From assembly GCA_964518565.1 (NCBI GenBank), contig CAZFGX010000001.1:203046-267045 (forward strand): a stretch of 64,000 bases of DNA, given 5' to 3'. The DNA comes from an uncultured Gammaproteobacteria bacterium. GTDB lineage: Bacteria > Patescibacteriota > Microgenomatia > CAZETR01 > Amesbacteraceae. Shown here one piece after another: positions 38,756 through 49,471 of the stretch (within the stretch, counting starts at the first letter, position 1; each line of letters opens with the position of its first letter). The notes below the pieces were generated by a model that worked only from the letters and a program-made list of their open reading frames with translations, had not been told where the DNA came from and did not search any database. A program made the translations under genes and the position numbers.

Positions 38756-40592
38756 ATTTGACTTAAGTAAATGGCTACTCATTATCTGTGGTAGTAGTAT
38801 CTGGTCAATTACTATGGTAAAAAGCGGACTTCTCACGTCGTATGGAATTGGATTTTGGGGTGCAAATGGTCACGATGGTATATGGCACATCGCCTTAATA
38901 AACTCTCTTTCAAGGTTCAGTTTGGACATGCCAATATTAGCAGGATTTAAAATACAAAACTATCATTTGGGCTTCGATTTGTTACTCGCATTTGTTCATA
39001 GAACCACACGTCTCGATAGCTCTATATTATATTTTCAGATCATTCCGCCTATTTTGGCTTTCTTGATCGGATATCTTACATATACTGTAGTATACAAATG
39101 GAAACAAGATCGTTTATCTGCGACACTTTCGACATTTTTTGTATATTTTGGTACAAGTTTAGGCTGGGTATTTAATGGTGGAGATTCGCTATTTTGGGCT
39201 CAACAAAGTTTATCAACGTTAATAAATCCTCCATTTGCTCTCTCGCTTGTGGTCTTACTTTTGGGAATTATTTTTGTCTTGCGCAAAAAATATATATACG
39301 CCAGTATATGTTTTGGGCTCTTAATTGAAATAAAAGTTTATGCAGGGCTCCTTGCATATCTCGGCTTATTAATGGCATCAGTCAAAACAAAAGAGCTACG
39401 AAAAGTTCTTTTGTTTTCCTCCTTTATTGCTTTCCCAATATTTTTAATCACAAATTCAGATTCAGCAAATCTCATCCAATTCGAACCCGGATGGTTTTTG
39501 GAAACATTGTTTGCTCCAGATAGATTAAACTGGCCTAAGTTTTTCTCAGCGTTAAATACATACCGTACAGGTGTAATTTTATACAAAGCCGTACCAGCAT
39601 ATATAGTTGCATTTGTAATTTTTTTAATTGGCAATGCAGGAATAAGAATTTTAGGCTTATGGCAAATAAAAAATAAAGACTGGTTCACAAAGTTTGGCAT
39701 AACAATAGTTGTATTTGGTAGTTTAATTCCAATGGTATTTGTCCAAAAAGGAACTCCTTGGAACACAATTCAATTTTTTTATTACTCTCTATTTTTTTTA
39801 AATATATTTACTGGAATAGTTATCTCTCAAATTTTTAAAAAAGTCACAAACAAAATTTATTTATTTACTTTTTTATCTCTTATTTTGACCATAACTATTG
39901 TAGAAATAACTCAAACACTGAAAAACTATCTACCAAGTCGACCCCCAGCAAAAATTACATACTCTGAATTATCTGCACTCAGAGAATTAAAAAAATTACC
40001 TTCAGGCACTGTATTGACTGAATTATTTGACAAATCAAAAGCAGAAGAACAAAAGAAATTTCCGCCGCGATCTTTGTCTGTATACGAATCTACTGCATAT
40101 GTATCTGCCTATTCAGCACAAGAAACATATCTAGAAGATGAGGTGAATTTATCTATAACAGGCTACAACATAGAGGAACGTAAAATACGTATAAAAAATT
40201 TTTTTGAGAATCCAAACTCACAATTCCTTCGAGATGAAAATATTAAATATATATATTTAATATCAATACCTAAATTCAATTATGAATTAATTCCAGGAGT
40301 TTCATATATCTACAAAAATTCAGAATATTCAATACTAAAATTTGATTCACAAATAGCTGAAAGAGTAAAAATTTCGAAACAAATGGCTATAAATATGGTA
40401 GGTCAATTGCCTCAAGTAAAATCTGCTACAAGCATCGAAGCAGACATGTTTGACTCTTCTAATATCTCTTGGAAAATAAAAGTCTCTTTTGCAAATTCCC
40501 TAATACTATTTTATAAAATAGATGGTCAAACTGGTGTTGTATCAGACTGGTCTTCAAATAGACCAATTACTCCGCTCGCTCCACAGAACTAA
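38730..40592 (+). CDS. large polytopic membrane protein with C-terminal soluble domain (candidate polymerase/GT-C)
   Basis: ATG 38730; ~14 TM then ~200 aa hydrophilic tail. Confidence 0.4.
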   Translation: MRSFIEKNKFDLSKWLLIICGSSIWSITMVKSGLLTSYGIGFWGANGHDGIWHIALINSLSRFSLDMPILAGFKIQNYHLGFDLLLAFVHRTTRLDSSILYFQIIPPILAFLIGYLTYTVVYKWKQDRLSATLSTFFVYFGTSLGWVFNGGDSLFWAQQSLSTLINPPFALSLVVLLLGIIFVLRKKYIYASICFGLLIEIKVYAGLLAYLGLLMASVKTKELRKVLLFSSFIAFPIFLITNSDSANLIQFEPGWFLETLFAPDRLNWPKFFSALNTYRTGVILYKAVPAYIVAFVIFLIGNAGIRILGLWQIKNKDWFTKFGITIVVFGSLIPMVFVQKGTPWNTIQFFYYSLFFLNIFTGIVISQIFKKVTNKIYLFTFLSLILTITIVEITQTLKNYLPSRPPAKITYSELSALRELKKLPSGTVLTELFDKSKAEEQKKFPPRSLSVYESTAYVSAYSAQETYLEDEVNLSITGYNIEERKIRIKNFFENPNSQFLRDENIKYIYLISIPKFNYELIPGVSYIYKNSEYSILKFDSQIAERVKISKQMAINMVGQLPQVKSATSIEADMFDSSNISWKIKVSFANSLILFYKIDGQTGVVSDWSSNRPITPLAPQN

Positions 40593-40914
40593 TTCTAACC
40601 AATACTTGACCTGAAGCGTTAATACTAACAGAACCAGTAACTTTTACCGGTCTATCTGTAAAATGAACTAGACTCGTACTGTTCTCACCGTCTATGCGGG
40701 CGACGCTAGTTTTTCCTTCCTTGATTTTATAAAGATAATATCCCGGACCTGTATCATAATCTTGAGCTCCATGAATAATATAAGTTGCGCCCTGCTCAGT
40801 AAGAGACCATTGTTCACGACTTGAAACTTCACTTTTTCTATTGCGAAAAATTAGTAACCCTGAAAAAATTAAGGCCAGAGCAAGACAGACAATAAACACT
40901 TTTTTCATAGCCAC
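40567..40914 (-). CDS. small secreted/anchored hypothetical protein
   Basis: 115 aa with N-terminal TM; convergent overlap with upstream gene. Confidence 0.35.
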   Translation of the reverse strand: MAMKKVFIVCLALALIFSGLLIFRNRKSEVSSREQWSLTEQGATYIIHGAQDYDTGPGYYLYKIKEGKTSVARIDGENSTSLVHFTDRPVKVTGSVSINASGQVLVRISSVERAE

Positions 40915-40944
40915 ACTTACGATGATACAATAATATGTATTGAT

Positions 40945-41853
40945 ATGCCAAAACCAAAGCTATCGGTTGTTATTACAGCCTGGAACGAAGCAAAAAATTT
41001 ACCCGTTGCTGTTGCATCAGTAAAAGAATTGGCGGACGAAATCATTGTTATTGATACAGAAAGTACTGACGATACCGCCGATATTGCAAAAAAACTTGGC
41101 TGTAGGGTTTTCTCTCATCCCAATACACAAATTGTCGAGCCTGTAAGAAATTTTTCTATTGAAAAAGCTACAGGTGATTGGATTCTATTGCTAGATGCTG
41201 ATGAAGAAGTGAGTTCCTCGCTGGCAGAAGAAATTCAAAAAATTATATTTGAGAATCAGATAGACTACTGTCGAATTCCTCGTCAAAATATCATATTCGG
41301 CCAGTGGATTAAATCAGACCATTGGTGGCCTGATTATGTATATCGCTTATTTAAAAAAGGGGCTATTACCTGGGAATCCACAATCCACAGTATTCCAAAA
41401 ACCCGAGGCCAAGGAAAAGATCTAGACATTTCGGCCAAAACCAGTCTTATCCACCATAATTACCAATCAATAAGCCAATTTATTATCAGATTAGATCGAT
41501 ATACATCAATTCAAGCCCAAGAAATTATTAAAAGTCAAACAAAATTCAATTGGGCCAATTTTATTTCAAAACCCTCCAATGAATTTTTAAATCAATATTT
41601 CGCTCGACAGGGTTATAAGCAAGGTATTCATGGATTGGTCCTATCATTGCTTCAAGCTTTTTCAGAATTTATAGTGTATGCCAAAGTTTGGGAAAAATTT
41701 AGTTTTCCAGAAGAAAAGATAAAATCAAATACGTTAAATCAGTTAGTGGAAAAGGCGACTAACGACACAAAATGGTGGATTTCAGAAACAGAAATTCAAC
41801 AAGAGTCGAATGCTGTAAATAAAATATTATTAAAAATAAAACGAAAATTATGA
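40945..41853 (+). CDS. glycosyltransferase family 2
   Basis: 'LSVVITAWNEAKNL', 'IDTESTDDT', 'LLLDADEEV'. Confidence 0.7.
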   Translation: MPKPKLSVVITAWNEAKNLPVAVASVKELADEIIVIDTESTDDTADIAKKLGCRVFSHPNTQIVEPVRNFSIEKATGDWILLLDADEEVSSSLAEEIQKIIFENQIDYCRIPRQNIIFGQWIKSDHWWPDYVYRLFKKGAITWESTIHSIPKTRGQGKDLDISAKTSLIHHNYQSISQFIIRLDRYTSIQAQEIIKSQTKFNWANFISKPSNEFLNQYFARQGYKQGIHGLVLSLLQAFSEFIVYAKVWEKFSFPEEKIKSNTLNQLVEKATNDTKWWISETEIQQESNAVNKILLKIKRKL

Positions 41854-42755
41854 AAGTCAGTATTGTCGTATTGAACTGGAACGGAGAAAAATATATTTCC
41901 CATTGCCTTGATTCGTTAAAAAATTTATTACACACGTCAATTGAGATTGAAAAAATAGTGGTAGATAATGACTCAACTGACAATTCAGTCGAATTAATAA
42001 AAAATCAATTTTCTGATTGTGTTTTGCTACGTAACCCTACGAATCTTGGTTATGCTCAAGGAAATAATATTGGTATTAAATACGCATTAAGAAAAAAAGC
42101 GGATTTTATCTGGATACTAAACTCTGACATTATTGTCGAAAAATCTAGTCTAATAAAACATATAGAAGCAACCGCCTTGCATCCCAACGTAGGAATTTTT
42201 GGTTGCAAAATTTACTTCGCCCCTGGTTATGAATTTCATAAGGACCGCTATACAAAAAATGATCTTGGTAGGGTTATTTGGTATGCTGGCGGACAAATAG
42301 ATTGGAAAAATGTAATTAGTAGCCATAGAGGGGTAGATGAAATAGACAAGGGTCAATTTGATGAAGATGTTTTGACTGATTATGTAACTGGGGCGTCAAT
42401 GTTTGTAAGAAGTGATGTGTTCGAGAGGGTTGGATTGTTTGATCCAAACTTTTTTTTGTACTTTGAAGAAACAGATTTTTGTCAAAGAGCTATGAAGCAT
42501 GGATATAAAAATATGTACATCTCCAGCCCAGTTGTATGGCATGAAAATGCCCAAGCAACTGGTATGGGATCCCCGCTGCAAGACTACTTTATAACTCGAA
42601 ATAGACTTTTATTTGGCCTAAAATATGCTCCTTTGAGAGCAAAGCAGGCCCTTATTCGAGAAAGTATAAATATCTATCGTTCAGGCAGGGTTTGGCAAAA
42701 ACAAGCGGTTGTGGATTTTTTTGTCGGAAGACTTGGAAAGGGAACATATAAATGA
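41850..42755 (+). CDS. glycosyltransferase family 2 (rhamnosyltransferase-like)
   Basis: 'VSIVVLNWNGEKY', 'VVDNDSTDNS', 'ILNSDI'. Confidence 0.7.
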   Translation: MKVSIVVLNWNGEKYISHCLDSLKNLLHTSIEIEKIVVDNDSTDNSVELIKNQFSDCVLLRNPTNLGYAQGNNIGIKYALRKKADFIWILNSDIIVEKSSLIKHIEATALHPNVGIFGCKIYFAPGYEFHKDRYTKNDLGRVIWYAGGQIDWKNVISSHRGVDEIDKGQFDEDVLTDYVTGASMFVRSDVFERVGLFDPNFFLYFEETDFCQRAMKHGYKNMYISSPVVWHENAQATGMGSPLQDYFITRNRLLFGLKYAPLRAKQALIRESINIYRSGRVWQKQAVVDFFVGRLGKGTYK

Positions 42756-43504
42756 AACTGACCGCAGTTGTCATTACAAAAAATGAACAGGCAATGATCG
42801 AAGATTGCCTCAAATCAATTCAATTTGTGGACCAAATTCTAGTTGTTGATACTGGAAACACTGACGCGACAAATAAAATATCGCAAAAATTTGGCGCAAA
42901 AATTATTAAATCAGTTGGAAAAAATTATTCAGACTATCGTAATGACGGATTGAGTCAGGTAAACACGGATTGGGTGTTATATGTCGATGCAGACGAACGA
43001 GTTTCTCCAGAATTGGCCAAAGAAATTTTAGAAAAAACTTCGGTCACCCAAAAGAATAATTGCTTCCTTATACCGCGAATGAATAATTATTTGGGTAAAT
43101 TTATGAAATATGGCGGATGGGGAGGGGAAAAAATACCTAGGCTATTTAAAAAAGAAGCATTAAAAAAATATACAGGTGATTTACACGAACAACCTATTTA
43201 TGTCGGTTCGACAGGTGAAATGAAGCATTCACTTTTGCACTACTCACATCGAGACATCTCATCTATGGTCGAAAAAACGATTAAGTTTACAGAGTTTGAA
43301 GCAAAATTACGTTTAGATTCAAACCATCCCCCCGTAGTTCCATGGAGAATAATCAGAGTTATGATTACAGAATTTTGGAAGAGATTTATCAAATATTCAG
43401 CTTGGCGAGATGGATATGCAGGTGTTGTTGATGGACTGTTTCAAGTATTCAATATGTCAATTATTTATTCACGCTTATGGGAAATGCAGCAAAAAAAGTC
43501 CTAA
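42752..43504 (+). CDS. glycosyltransferase family 2
   Basis: 'TAVVITKNEQAMIEDCL', 'VVDTGNTDAT', 'YVDADERV'. Confidence 0.7.
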   Translation: MKLTAVVITKNEQAMIEDCLKSIQFVDQILVVDTGNTDATNKISQKFGAKIIKSVGKNYSDYRNDGLSQVNTDWVLYVDADERVSPELAKEILEKTSVTQKNNCFLIPRMNNYLGKFMKYGGWGGEKIPRLFKKEALKKYTGDLHEQPIYVGSTGEMKHSLLHYSHRDISSMVEKTIKFTEFEAKLRLDSNHPPVVPWRIIRVMITEFWKRFIKYSAWRDGYAGVVDGLFQVFNMSIIYSRLWEMQQKKS

Positions 43505-44517
43505 TAGTTAATCCGTATTGGGATTCATATGGAGGAGGAGAGAGATATACTGCAATGGTAATAAGGTATTTTTTGGACAAAGGCTATTGTGTAGATATTG
43601 TCTGGAATGCACCACTTTCAGATTCAATCAAAAATAAATTTAATATTGATATCTCGACTGCAAAAATTGTTAAACGAGACGTTTATACATCAAAGTACAA
43701 AATTGCGTTTTATGTTTCTGATGGATCTATTCCACTTTCCTTTGCTGAAAAAACTATTATTCACTTTCAATTCCCTTTTATAAATGTTTCGGGTAAAAAA
43801 GTTCTCAATAAATTAAAATCAGTTTTTTATAACTATGTTTGTAATTCACAATTCACAAAAACTAGAATTGACAAAGAATTTGGCATAAATAGTCGTGTAA
43901 TATATCCACCTATTGCCACCCAAGATTTCACTCCTGCAAAAAAAATAAATAATATTGTATATGTTGGACGTTTTTCACAACTGACACAAAAGAAAAATCA
44001 ACACCTACTGATAGAGGCGTTTAACAAATTTTCAAAAAACAATCCTACGTGGAGTATGACATTAGCTGGGGGATATGGTGTGGGTACTGATGAAAAATAT
44101 TTTGAACAAATAACAACAGAAGCCCAAAAAAACAAAAAAATTAAAATCCTAATTAATCCATCGTTCGTAGATATTAAAAACATATACGCTAAATCAACAA
44201 TATTTTGGTCTGCAACAGGTTTGGGTATTGACGAAGAAAAAAATCCGGAACAAGTTGAGCATTTTGGTATGAGCTTAGTAGAAGCGATGGCCGCTGGGTG
44301 TATACCTGTTGTAAGTAATAAAGGTGGACATGTCGAAATTGTTGGCGAACAAAATGTAAACCAACTAGTTAGCAATCAACACGAACTTGTTGAGAAAACG
44401 CAAAATATTATCCTAAACCAAAAATTATTAGTTGATTCATTGCAATATAGTATGGCAAGGGCAAAAGATTTTGATCTATCACATTTTTATCAAAATTGGG
44501 ATAAAATTTTTTCATGA
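43477..44517 (+). CDS. glycosyltransferase family 4 (GT-B)
   Basis: 'EHFGMSLVEAMAAGCIPVVSNKGG' E-x7-E motif. Confidence 0.65.
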   Translation: MGNAAKKVLIVNPYWDSYGGGERYTAMVIRYFLDKGYCVDIVWNAPLSDSIKNKFNIDISTAKIVKRDVYTSKYKIAFYVSDGSIPLSFAEKTIIHFQFPFINVSGKKVLNKLKSVFYNYVCNSQFTKTRIDKEFGINSRVIYPPIATQDFTPAKKINNIVYVGRFSQLTQKKNQHLLIEAFNKFSKNNPTWSMTLAGGYGVGTDEKYFEQITTEAQKNKKIKILINPSFVDIKNIYAKSTIFWSATGLGIDEEKNPEQVEHFGMSLVEAMAAGCIPVVSNKGGHVEIVGEQNVNQLVSNQHELVEKTQNIILNQKLLVDSLQYSMARAKDFDLSHFYQNWDKIFS

Positions 44518-45710
44518 AAAAAATTAGCAACTCCATAAAATTATTTTTTTGCGTTGGATTGGTTTTACGACTAATTAGTATGCCATTCACGTATCATCCT
44601 GATCTTCATGGACACTACCTCGGATCATGGTTGATGGTTAAAAAATCGGCATTATTAACCATGTACGACTACATTAGTCATCAACCAAGAAATAGTCAGA
44701 TAGTGAAAATATATGGGGATGATTTTTTCGTATATGGCCCAATGACATATTGGACACACGCAATTTGGCTTACATTGGTAAACCCAATTATTGATTGGAA
44801 TTTATTTAATAATTTTGAAACTAATTACGACATTGCAGAACAGTCATCTCAGTTGCCTTGGTTAATATTTATTCTAAAAACTCCCTATTTATTGGCAGAT
44901 ATCGGCTTATTAATATTGCTAATGAAAATAGCTCCAGAGTCCATGAAATCCAAAATTGTTTTATTGTGGGCATTCAATATTCCTATAATTCATTCGGCAT
45001 TTCTAATGGGTCAATTCGATATATTTATTGCTCTCGGGATACTCGCTGCGGTGTACGCATCCCAAAAAAATCATCCCTTTCTGGCTAGTGTATTTCTTGG
45101 AATTTCAGCTGCATTTAAACCGTTTCCGCTTTTTTTGTTGCCATTTGTACCAAAAACCTCATGGAAAAACGTTGTAATTGGAGTAGCAACATATTCAATA
45201 ATTATTTTGCCCTACATTCTTACATCACCCGGCTTTAGGATGTTTGCCCTTTCTGCTCAACAAAGCAGTAAACTCTGGGAAGCACATATTCCAGTATCAG
45301 CTACCCAATCAGTTGTCATATTTTTTGCATTATTAGGATTATTTGCCTGGATAAAAAAAGATCATCCAGAAAAAATGTCGCAAGTGGGTTGGTTTGCAGT
45401 TCCATTATTACTTTTTTATGGTTTGACCCATTTTCACCCACAATGGATTTCCTGGATTAGTCCAATATTGTTGCTCATCTACGCCCGTGAATCAAAATTG
45501 CGACTTGCTATATTGACCATATTGGGTTGTTGGATATTAATTACGTTGTCATTTGAACCTTCACTGCATACAGGTCTTTTTGGTTTCCCCATAAACCTTA
45601 AGCCGTACCTAAATGACCAGGCTGTATCATTTGTTAGGTCTATTCTAGCCGCAACCACTAGTTATTTTATTTATAACCTATTTATTCAAAATAAATCAGA
45701 AGTTACTTGA
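44514..45710 (+). CDS. polytopic membrane protein, GT-C-like (DUF2029/GT87-like)
   Basis: 398 aa, ~11 TM. Confidence 0.45.
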   Translation: MKKISNSIKLFFCVGLVLRLISMPFTYHPDLHGHYLGSWLMVKKSALLTMYDYISHQPRNSQIVKIYGDDFFVYGPMTYWTHAIWLTLVNPIIDWNLFNNFETNYDIAEQSSQLPWLIFILKTPYLLADIGLLILLMKIAPESMKSKIVLLWAFNIPIIHSAFLMGQFDIFIALGILAAVYASQKNHPFLASVFLGISAAFKPFPLFLLPFVPKTSWKNVVIGVATYSIIILPYILTSPGFRMFALSAQQSSKLWEAHIPVSATQSVVIFFALLGLFAWIKKDHPEKMSQVGWFAVPLLLFYGLTHFHPQWISWISPILLLIYARESKLRLAILTILGCWILITLSFEPSLHTGLFGFPINLKPYLNDQAVSFVRSILAATTSYFIYNLFIQNKSEVT

Positions 45711-46570
45711 AACAAGGCTTGTTTATAATAATTTCGTTGCTGAGGTTTTAAAATCATTCGTAAACTACATCCTAGAAGTATGGCAAATAATAAAAAGGGC
45801 TTGTGCCATCCAGGATTATGTTTTTCAAACCAATATTTCCAACCATTAATTTCGCCGATTACAGCAGGAGATCTATCTGAAGAACTTCCACCAAGTGCAT
45901 GTATACATTGGGCAATAGGTAAATACCATATTTGATATTTAGCCTTCTTGCAACGATATAGCCATTCTATTTCTTCGCCATACATGAAAAATTTTCCATC
46001 AAAACCTTCTGTTGTCAAAAATACTGATTTCCGTAAGAATAAAAACGCTCCTGTTACCCAGTCCGCTCGCTTTGGTGAATAATAACGTTGCGTGCTTCGT
46101 ATATGAATTGAATCAATGTATTCTCGTATCAAAGGCAAATTATCCAAAAAAAACATCATTTGAAATATTCGTCGTAATGTCGGGAAATATCCCCAAGAAG
46201 ATTGAATCGTGCCATCGGTATTTAATAATTGACAGCCAGCAATATCCACATCTTGGTGTGCGATAAAATATTCATAAAACAATTGAATCGTATCTTCAAA
46301 AACATAGGCATCGCTATTTAGTAAAAGTAATAAATCACCCTTAGCATTTCTCATCCCTTGGTTGTTCCCAAGTGCAAAACCAACATTGTCAGAGTTTTTA
46401 ATCAACTGAACTTGTGGAAAATCTTTTTGAATCATTTCTAGACTTCCATCCGTTGATGCGTTGTCGACAACAATAGTTTCAAATTCACCAAAAGTCGATC
46501 GATATAAGCACTCCAGGCATTTACGAGTTTTATCTAGGGTATTGAATGAAAGGATAATAACTGACAACAT
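45686..46570 (-). CDS. glycosyltransferase family 2
   Basis: 'LSVIILSFNTLDKT', 'VVDNASTDGS', 'LLLNSDAYV'. Confidence 0.7.
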   Translation of the reverse strand: MLSVIILSFNTLDKTRKCLECLYRSTFGEFETIVVDNASTDGSLEMIQKDFPQVQLIKNSDNVGFALGNNQGMRNAKGDLLLLLNSDAYVFEDTIQLFYEYFIAHQDVDIAGCQLLNTDGTIQSSWGYFPTLRRIFQMMFFLDNLPLIREYIDSIHIRSTQRYYSPKRADWVTGAFLFLRKSVFLTTEGFDGKFFMYGEEIEWLYRCKKAKYQIWYLPIAQCIHALGGSSSDRSPAVIGEINGWKYWFEKHNPGWHKPFLLFAILLGCSLRMILKPQQRNYYKQALFQVTSDLF

Positions 46571-46591
46571 AGTAAGAAGTATAATATAAAA

Positions 46592-48208
46592 ATGTCATTC
46601 ATATTGTTTTTGCTGCTAATAATCTCAAGTATAGTTCGTACAGTTGCCCCAACAGTTAGTCCACCAGAACTGTTTGGTGACGAGGTAGATGTGGGTTATC
46701 AGGCATACAGTCTTCTAAAAACTGGTAAAGATGTCAGAAATTACCCCGTACCCTTATATGTTCATTCACTATCAGAGTCTAGAGCTCCGTTGCTCATCTA
46801 TGCTACTGTTCCAAGTATTTTGATTTTTAAAAATACTATTGTGGGCGTTCGAGCTCCAGAATATATATTTGGCAGTTTGGCGCCAATAATTTCTGTCTGT
46901 TTGGCGTATAAGCTTACCCGATCCAAAAAAATAAGCCTTCTTACTGGTTTTTTTCTTGCCACATTACCATGGCACATTCATTATTCTAGATCTGCCTTTG
47001 AAGTAGTAATAATGCTCGATCTAATCATGGCAGGAACTACACTACTTTTGTCACAAAAAAGGATCCTCGGCGTCGTTCTCTTATTTTTATCAATGTATAC
47101 ATATAGCACTGCGGTGATATTCGCTCTTTGTTTATTTTTTGGTTTGTGGATATTGATTCCTAAAATACGCCACAAAACCACTTTTGTAGCTGCCTTGATA
47201 ATGTGCCTTCCTCTAATATTTAATCTCATTCAAGGATCGGCTAGTCAGCGTTTTAGTATACTGAGTATTTTTAATGAAAACGAGCAAATAAAAACTATCA
47301 CAGAACTTCGATCTGTCGATCTATCTGTTTGGGCTAAAATTTGGCATAACAAAGCTCAATCACTAGTCTATAAATTTTTGAGCAACTATTTTCAATCATT
47401 CTCCACTGATTTTCTCTTTGTAAGAGGTGATCCAACCCTGCGACATGGAATAGGTCAAATAGGAAATTTCTTATCTATTACCGCCCCTTTAATATTGATG
47501 GGTTTTGTGAGATTTTTGAAAAAAAGATTAATGATTCCAATCTTGTGGTTCATCTTGGCTCCTATTCCTGCCGCCCTCACGGTAGATGGGGGGTACCACG
47601 CCACTCGTTTATTTTTGCTCGTTTTCCCGCTAGTTTTAGCTATGGGACTAGGTGTGATCGAATGTATTCATTTTTTTAATAACAAAAAAATTTCTTATTC
47701 ACTATTAAGTCTTTTTGCAATAATTTTTTGCTACCAGTTTGGTTGGTATACACATTACTACTATGTACACTATCCTACTGCTTCTTGGCGCTGGTGGCAT
47801 GTAGGTTTTTCAAAAACGTTTACTGAAGTATCAAAAATTCAAGATCAATACACACGTGTTTTTATAAACAACACATATGAACCAGCGTTAATTAGATATT
47901 TGTTTTACTCTGAATATGATCCAAAAAGGTTTCACCAAACATTTTCAAACGATCAACCACAGACAAATATATTAAAAGGGTATGATGGCTTTACTCTTGA
48001 TAATAAAATATTTTTCGGTACATTCCACGACAAAGGTGGCGATATCCAAAACAAACTCAGCCCTCGAAGTCTATATATCCTTAGTCAGCGAGATGATGTT
48101 GGTGGCAACTGGGACTGGCGTAAATCCCCCCCAGCAGGGATCAAAGTAATCGATACCATTACAGATCCATACAATGACCCCATATTTTATTTAATAAAAA
48201 AAGAATAG
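46592..48208 (+). CDS. PMT/ArnT-like GT-C glycosyltransferase (DE-motif family)
   Basis: 'GDEVDVGYQAYSLLKTGKD', 12+ TM, C-terminal soluble domain. Confidence 0.55.
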   Translation: MSFILFLLLIISSIVRTVAPTVSPPELFGDEVDVGYQAYSLLKTGKDVRNYPVPLYVHSLSESRAPLLIYATVPSILIFKNTIVGVRAPEYIFGSLAPIISVCLAYKLTRSKKISLLTGFFLATLPWHIHYSRSAFEVVIMLDLIMAGTTLLLSQKRILGVVLLFLSMYTYSTAVIFALCLFFGLWILIPKIRHKTTFVAALIMCLPLIFNLIQGSASQRFSILSIFNENEQIKTITELRSVDLSVWAKIWHNKAQSLVYKFLSNYFQSFSTDFLFVRGDPTLRHGIGQIGNFLSITAPLILMGFVRFLKKRLMIPILWFILAPIPAALTVDGGYHATRLFLLVFPLVLAMGLGVIECIHFFNNKKISYSLLSLFAIIFCYQFGWYTHYYYVHYPTASWRWWHVGFSKTFTEVSKIQDQYTRVFINNTYEPALIRYLFYSEYDPKRFHQTFSNDQPQTNILKGYDGFTLDNKIFFGTFHDKGGDIQNKLSPRSLYILSQRDDVGGNWDWRKSPPAGIKVIDTITDPYNDPIFYLIKKE

Positions 48209-48211
48209 CTT

Positions 48212-49471
48212 ATGCAAATCGTAATCGTCTTATTAATTAGTTTATTATTACGAATTTTTGTTAGCACTGCTATATATAGCGGAGATCTAAACAACCATGT
48301 TGGTTGGGGAGAAAGTAATTTGAAATACGGCTATGAGGGAGCTTACGACAGACAATATGTTGGCATCATGCAACCCACCTATCCCCCCATAGCTATCGGA
48401 GCCTTTACTGCCTCAGTTGGTTTATATGAAACAGTATACAAAATCTCATACAGTCTAAACGAAAAAATAAATCTTTTCCCATCAAAAATTATCTGGTCAC
48501 TTCAGGATGAAAATGTACGACCTGCTTTTACGAAAATTATTGCGATTATTAGTGATGTCGGGGTCGGGCTCCTCATATATAGATTTTGCAAGTCAATATG
48601 TAAAAAAAGCCGAAAAACAAGCGTAATTGTCGCAGCAGCATATCTATTTAATCCAGCTGTTTGGTACATTAGTGCATTATGGGGACAAATTGAGTCATTA
48701 CCAATTTTTTTTATATTGCTTAGTATCTGGATGGCATATCAAAAAAAATACAAACTAGCCAATGTTAGCTTTGTCGCGGCAGTACTTTCAAAACAAACAT
48801 CTTTAATTTTTTCCCCATTATTTTTGATTCTTTCTTACAAAAAATTTGGAATAAAAAAGACTGTCAAAGGTCTGTTTATACAAATGGCAATATTTTATAT
48901 TGCATACCTTCCGTTTGCCCCCACACTGTCACCACTCTGGCCATTCCAAGTATATATAAATCGAATCCAAACAGGATCTGGCTCAGTCTGGATAACTGAT
49001 CATGCATTCAATGTCTGGATATGGTTTTCGCATTTACAAAAAATTCCTGATACCACAAAAGTAATTGGACAAATTTCAGCAAACATAGTTGGTATTGGAC
49101 TTTTTTTCATTGCGGTTTTAGCTCCATTGTTTGCTTATACAAAACGAAAACTCTCCTTTAACCAATTGATACTCCTATGTAGTCTCATGCCGATGGCGGC
49201 ATTTAGTTTTTTAACAAAAATGCATGAACGTTATAGTGCTCCAGCGATACCATTTATTGCTCTTGCTTCTTCATTTGATCCAGTTCTGTGGATTATATAT
49301 TTCCTTGAGTCAGTCGCTCATCTAGTTAACCTCTACCACGAATGGTACTTTCCTCGAATAGGGGGGGTAGACACACTTGTTTCAGATTGGACTACGATAC
49401 AAGTATGTGCAATCACCAATATCATCGTCACGCTTATTCTTATATGGAAAAATCTAAAACCCAAAGCATAA
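48212..49471 (+). CDS. polytopic membrane protein, GT-C-like
   Basis: 419 aa, ~11 TM. Confidence 0.45.
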   Translation: MQIVIVLLISLLLRIFVSTAIYSGDLNNHVGWGESNLKYGYEGAYDRQYVGIMQPTYPPIAIGAFTASVGLYETVYKISYSLNEKINLFPSKIIWSLQDENVRPAFTKIIAIISDVGVGLLIYRFCKSICKKSRKTSVIVAAAYLFNPAVWYISALWGQIESLPIFFILLSIWMAYQKKYKLANVSFVAAVLSKQTSLIFSPLFLILSYKKFGIKKTVKGLFIQMAIFYIAYLPFAPTLSPLWPFQVYINRIQTGSGSVWITDHAFNVWIWFSHLQKIPDTTKVIGQISANIVGIGLFFIAVLAPLFAYTKRKLSFNQLILLCSLMPMAAFSFLTKMHERYSAPAIPFIALASSFDPVLWIIYFLESVAHLVNLYHEWYFPRIGGVDTLVSDWTTIQVCAITNIIVTLILIWKNLKPKA

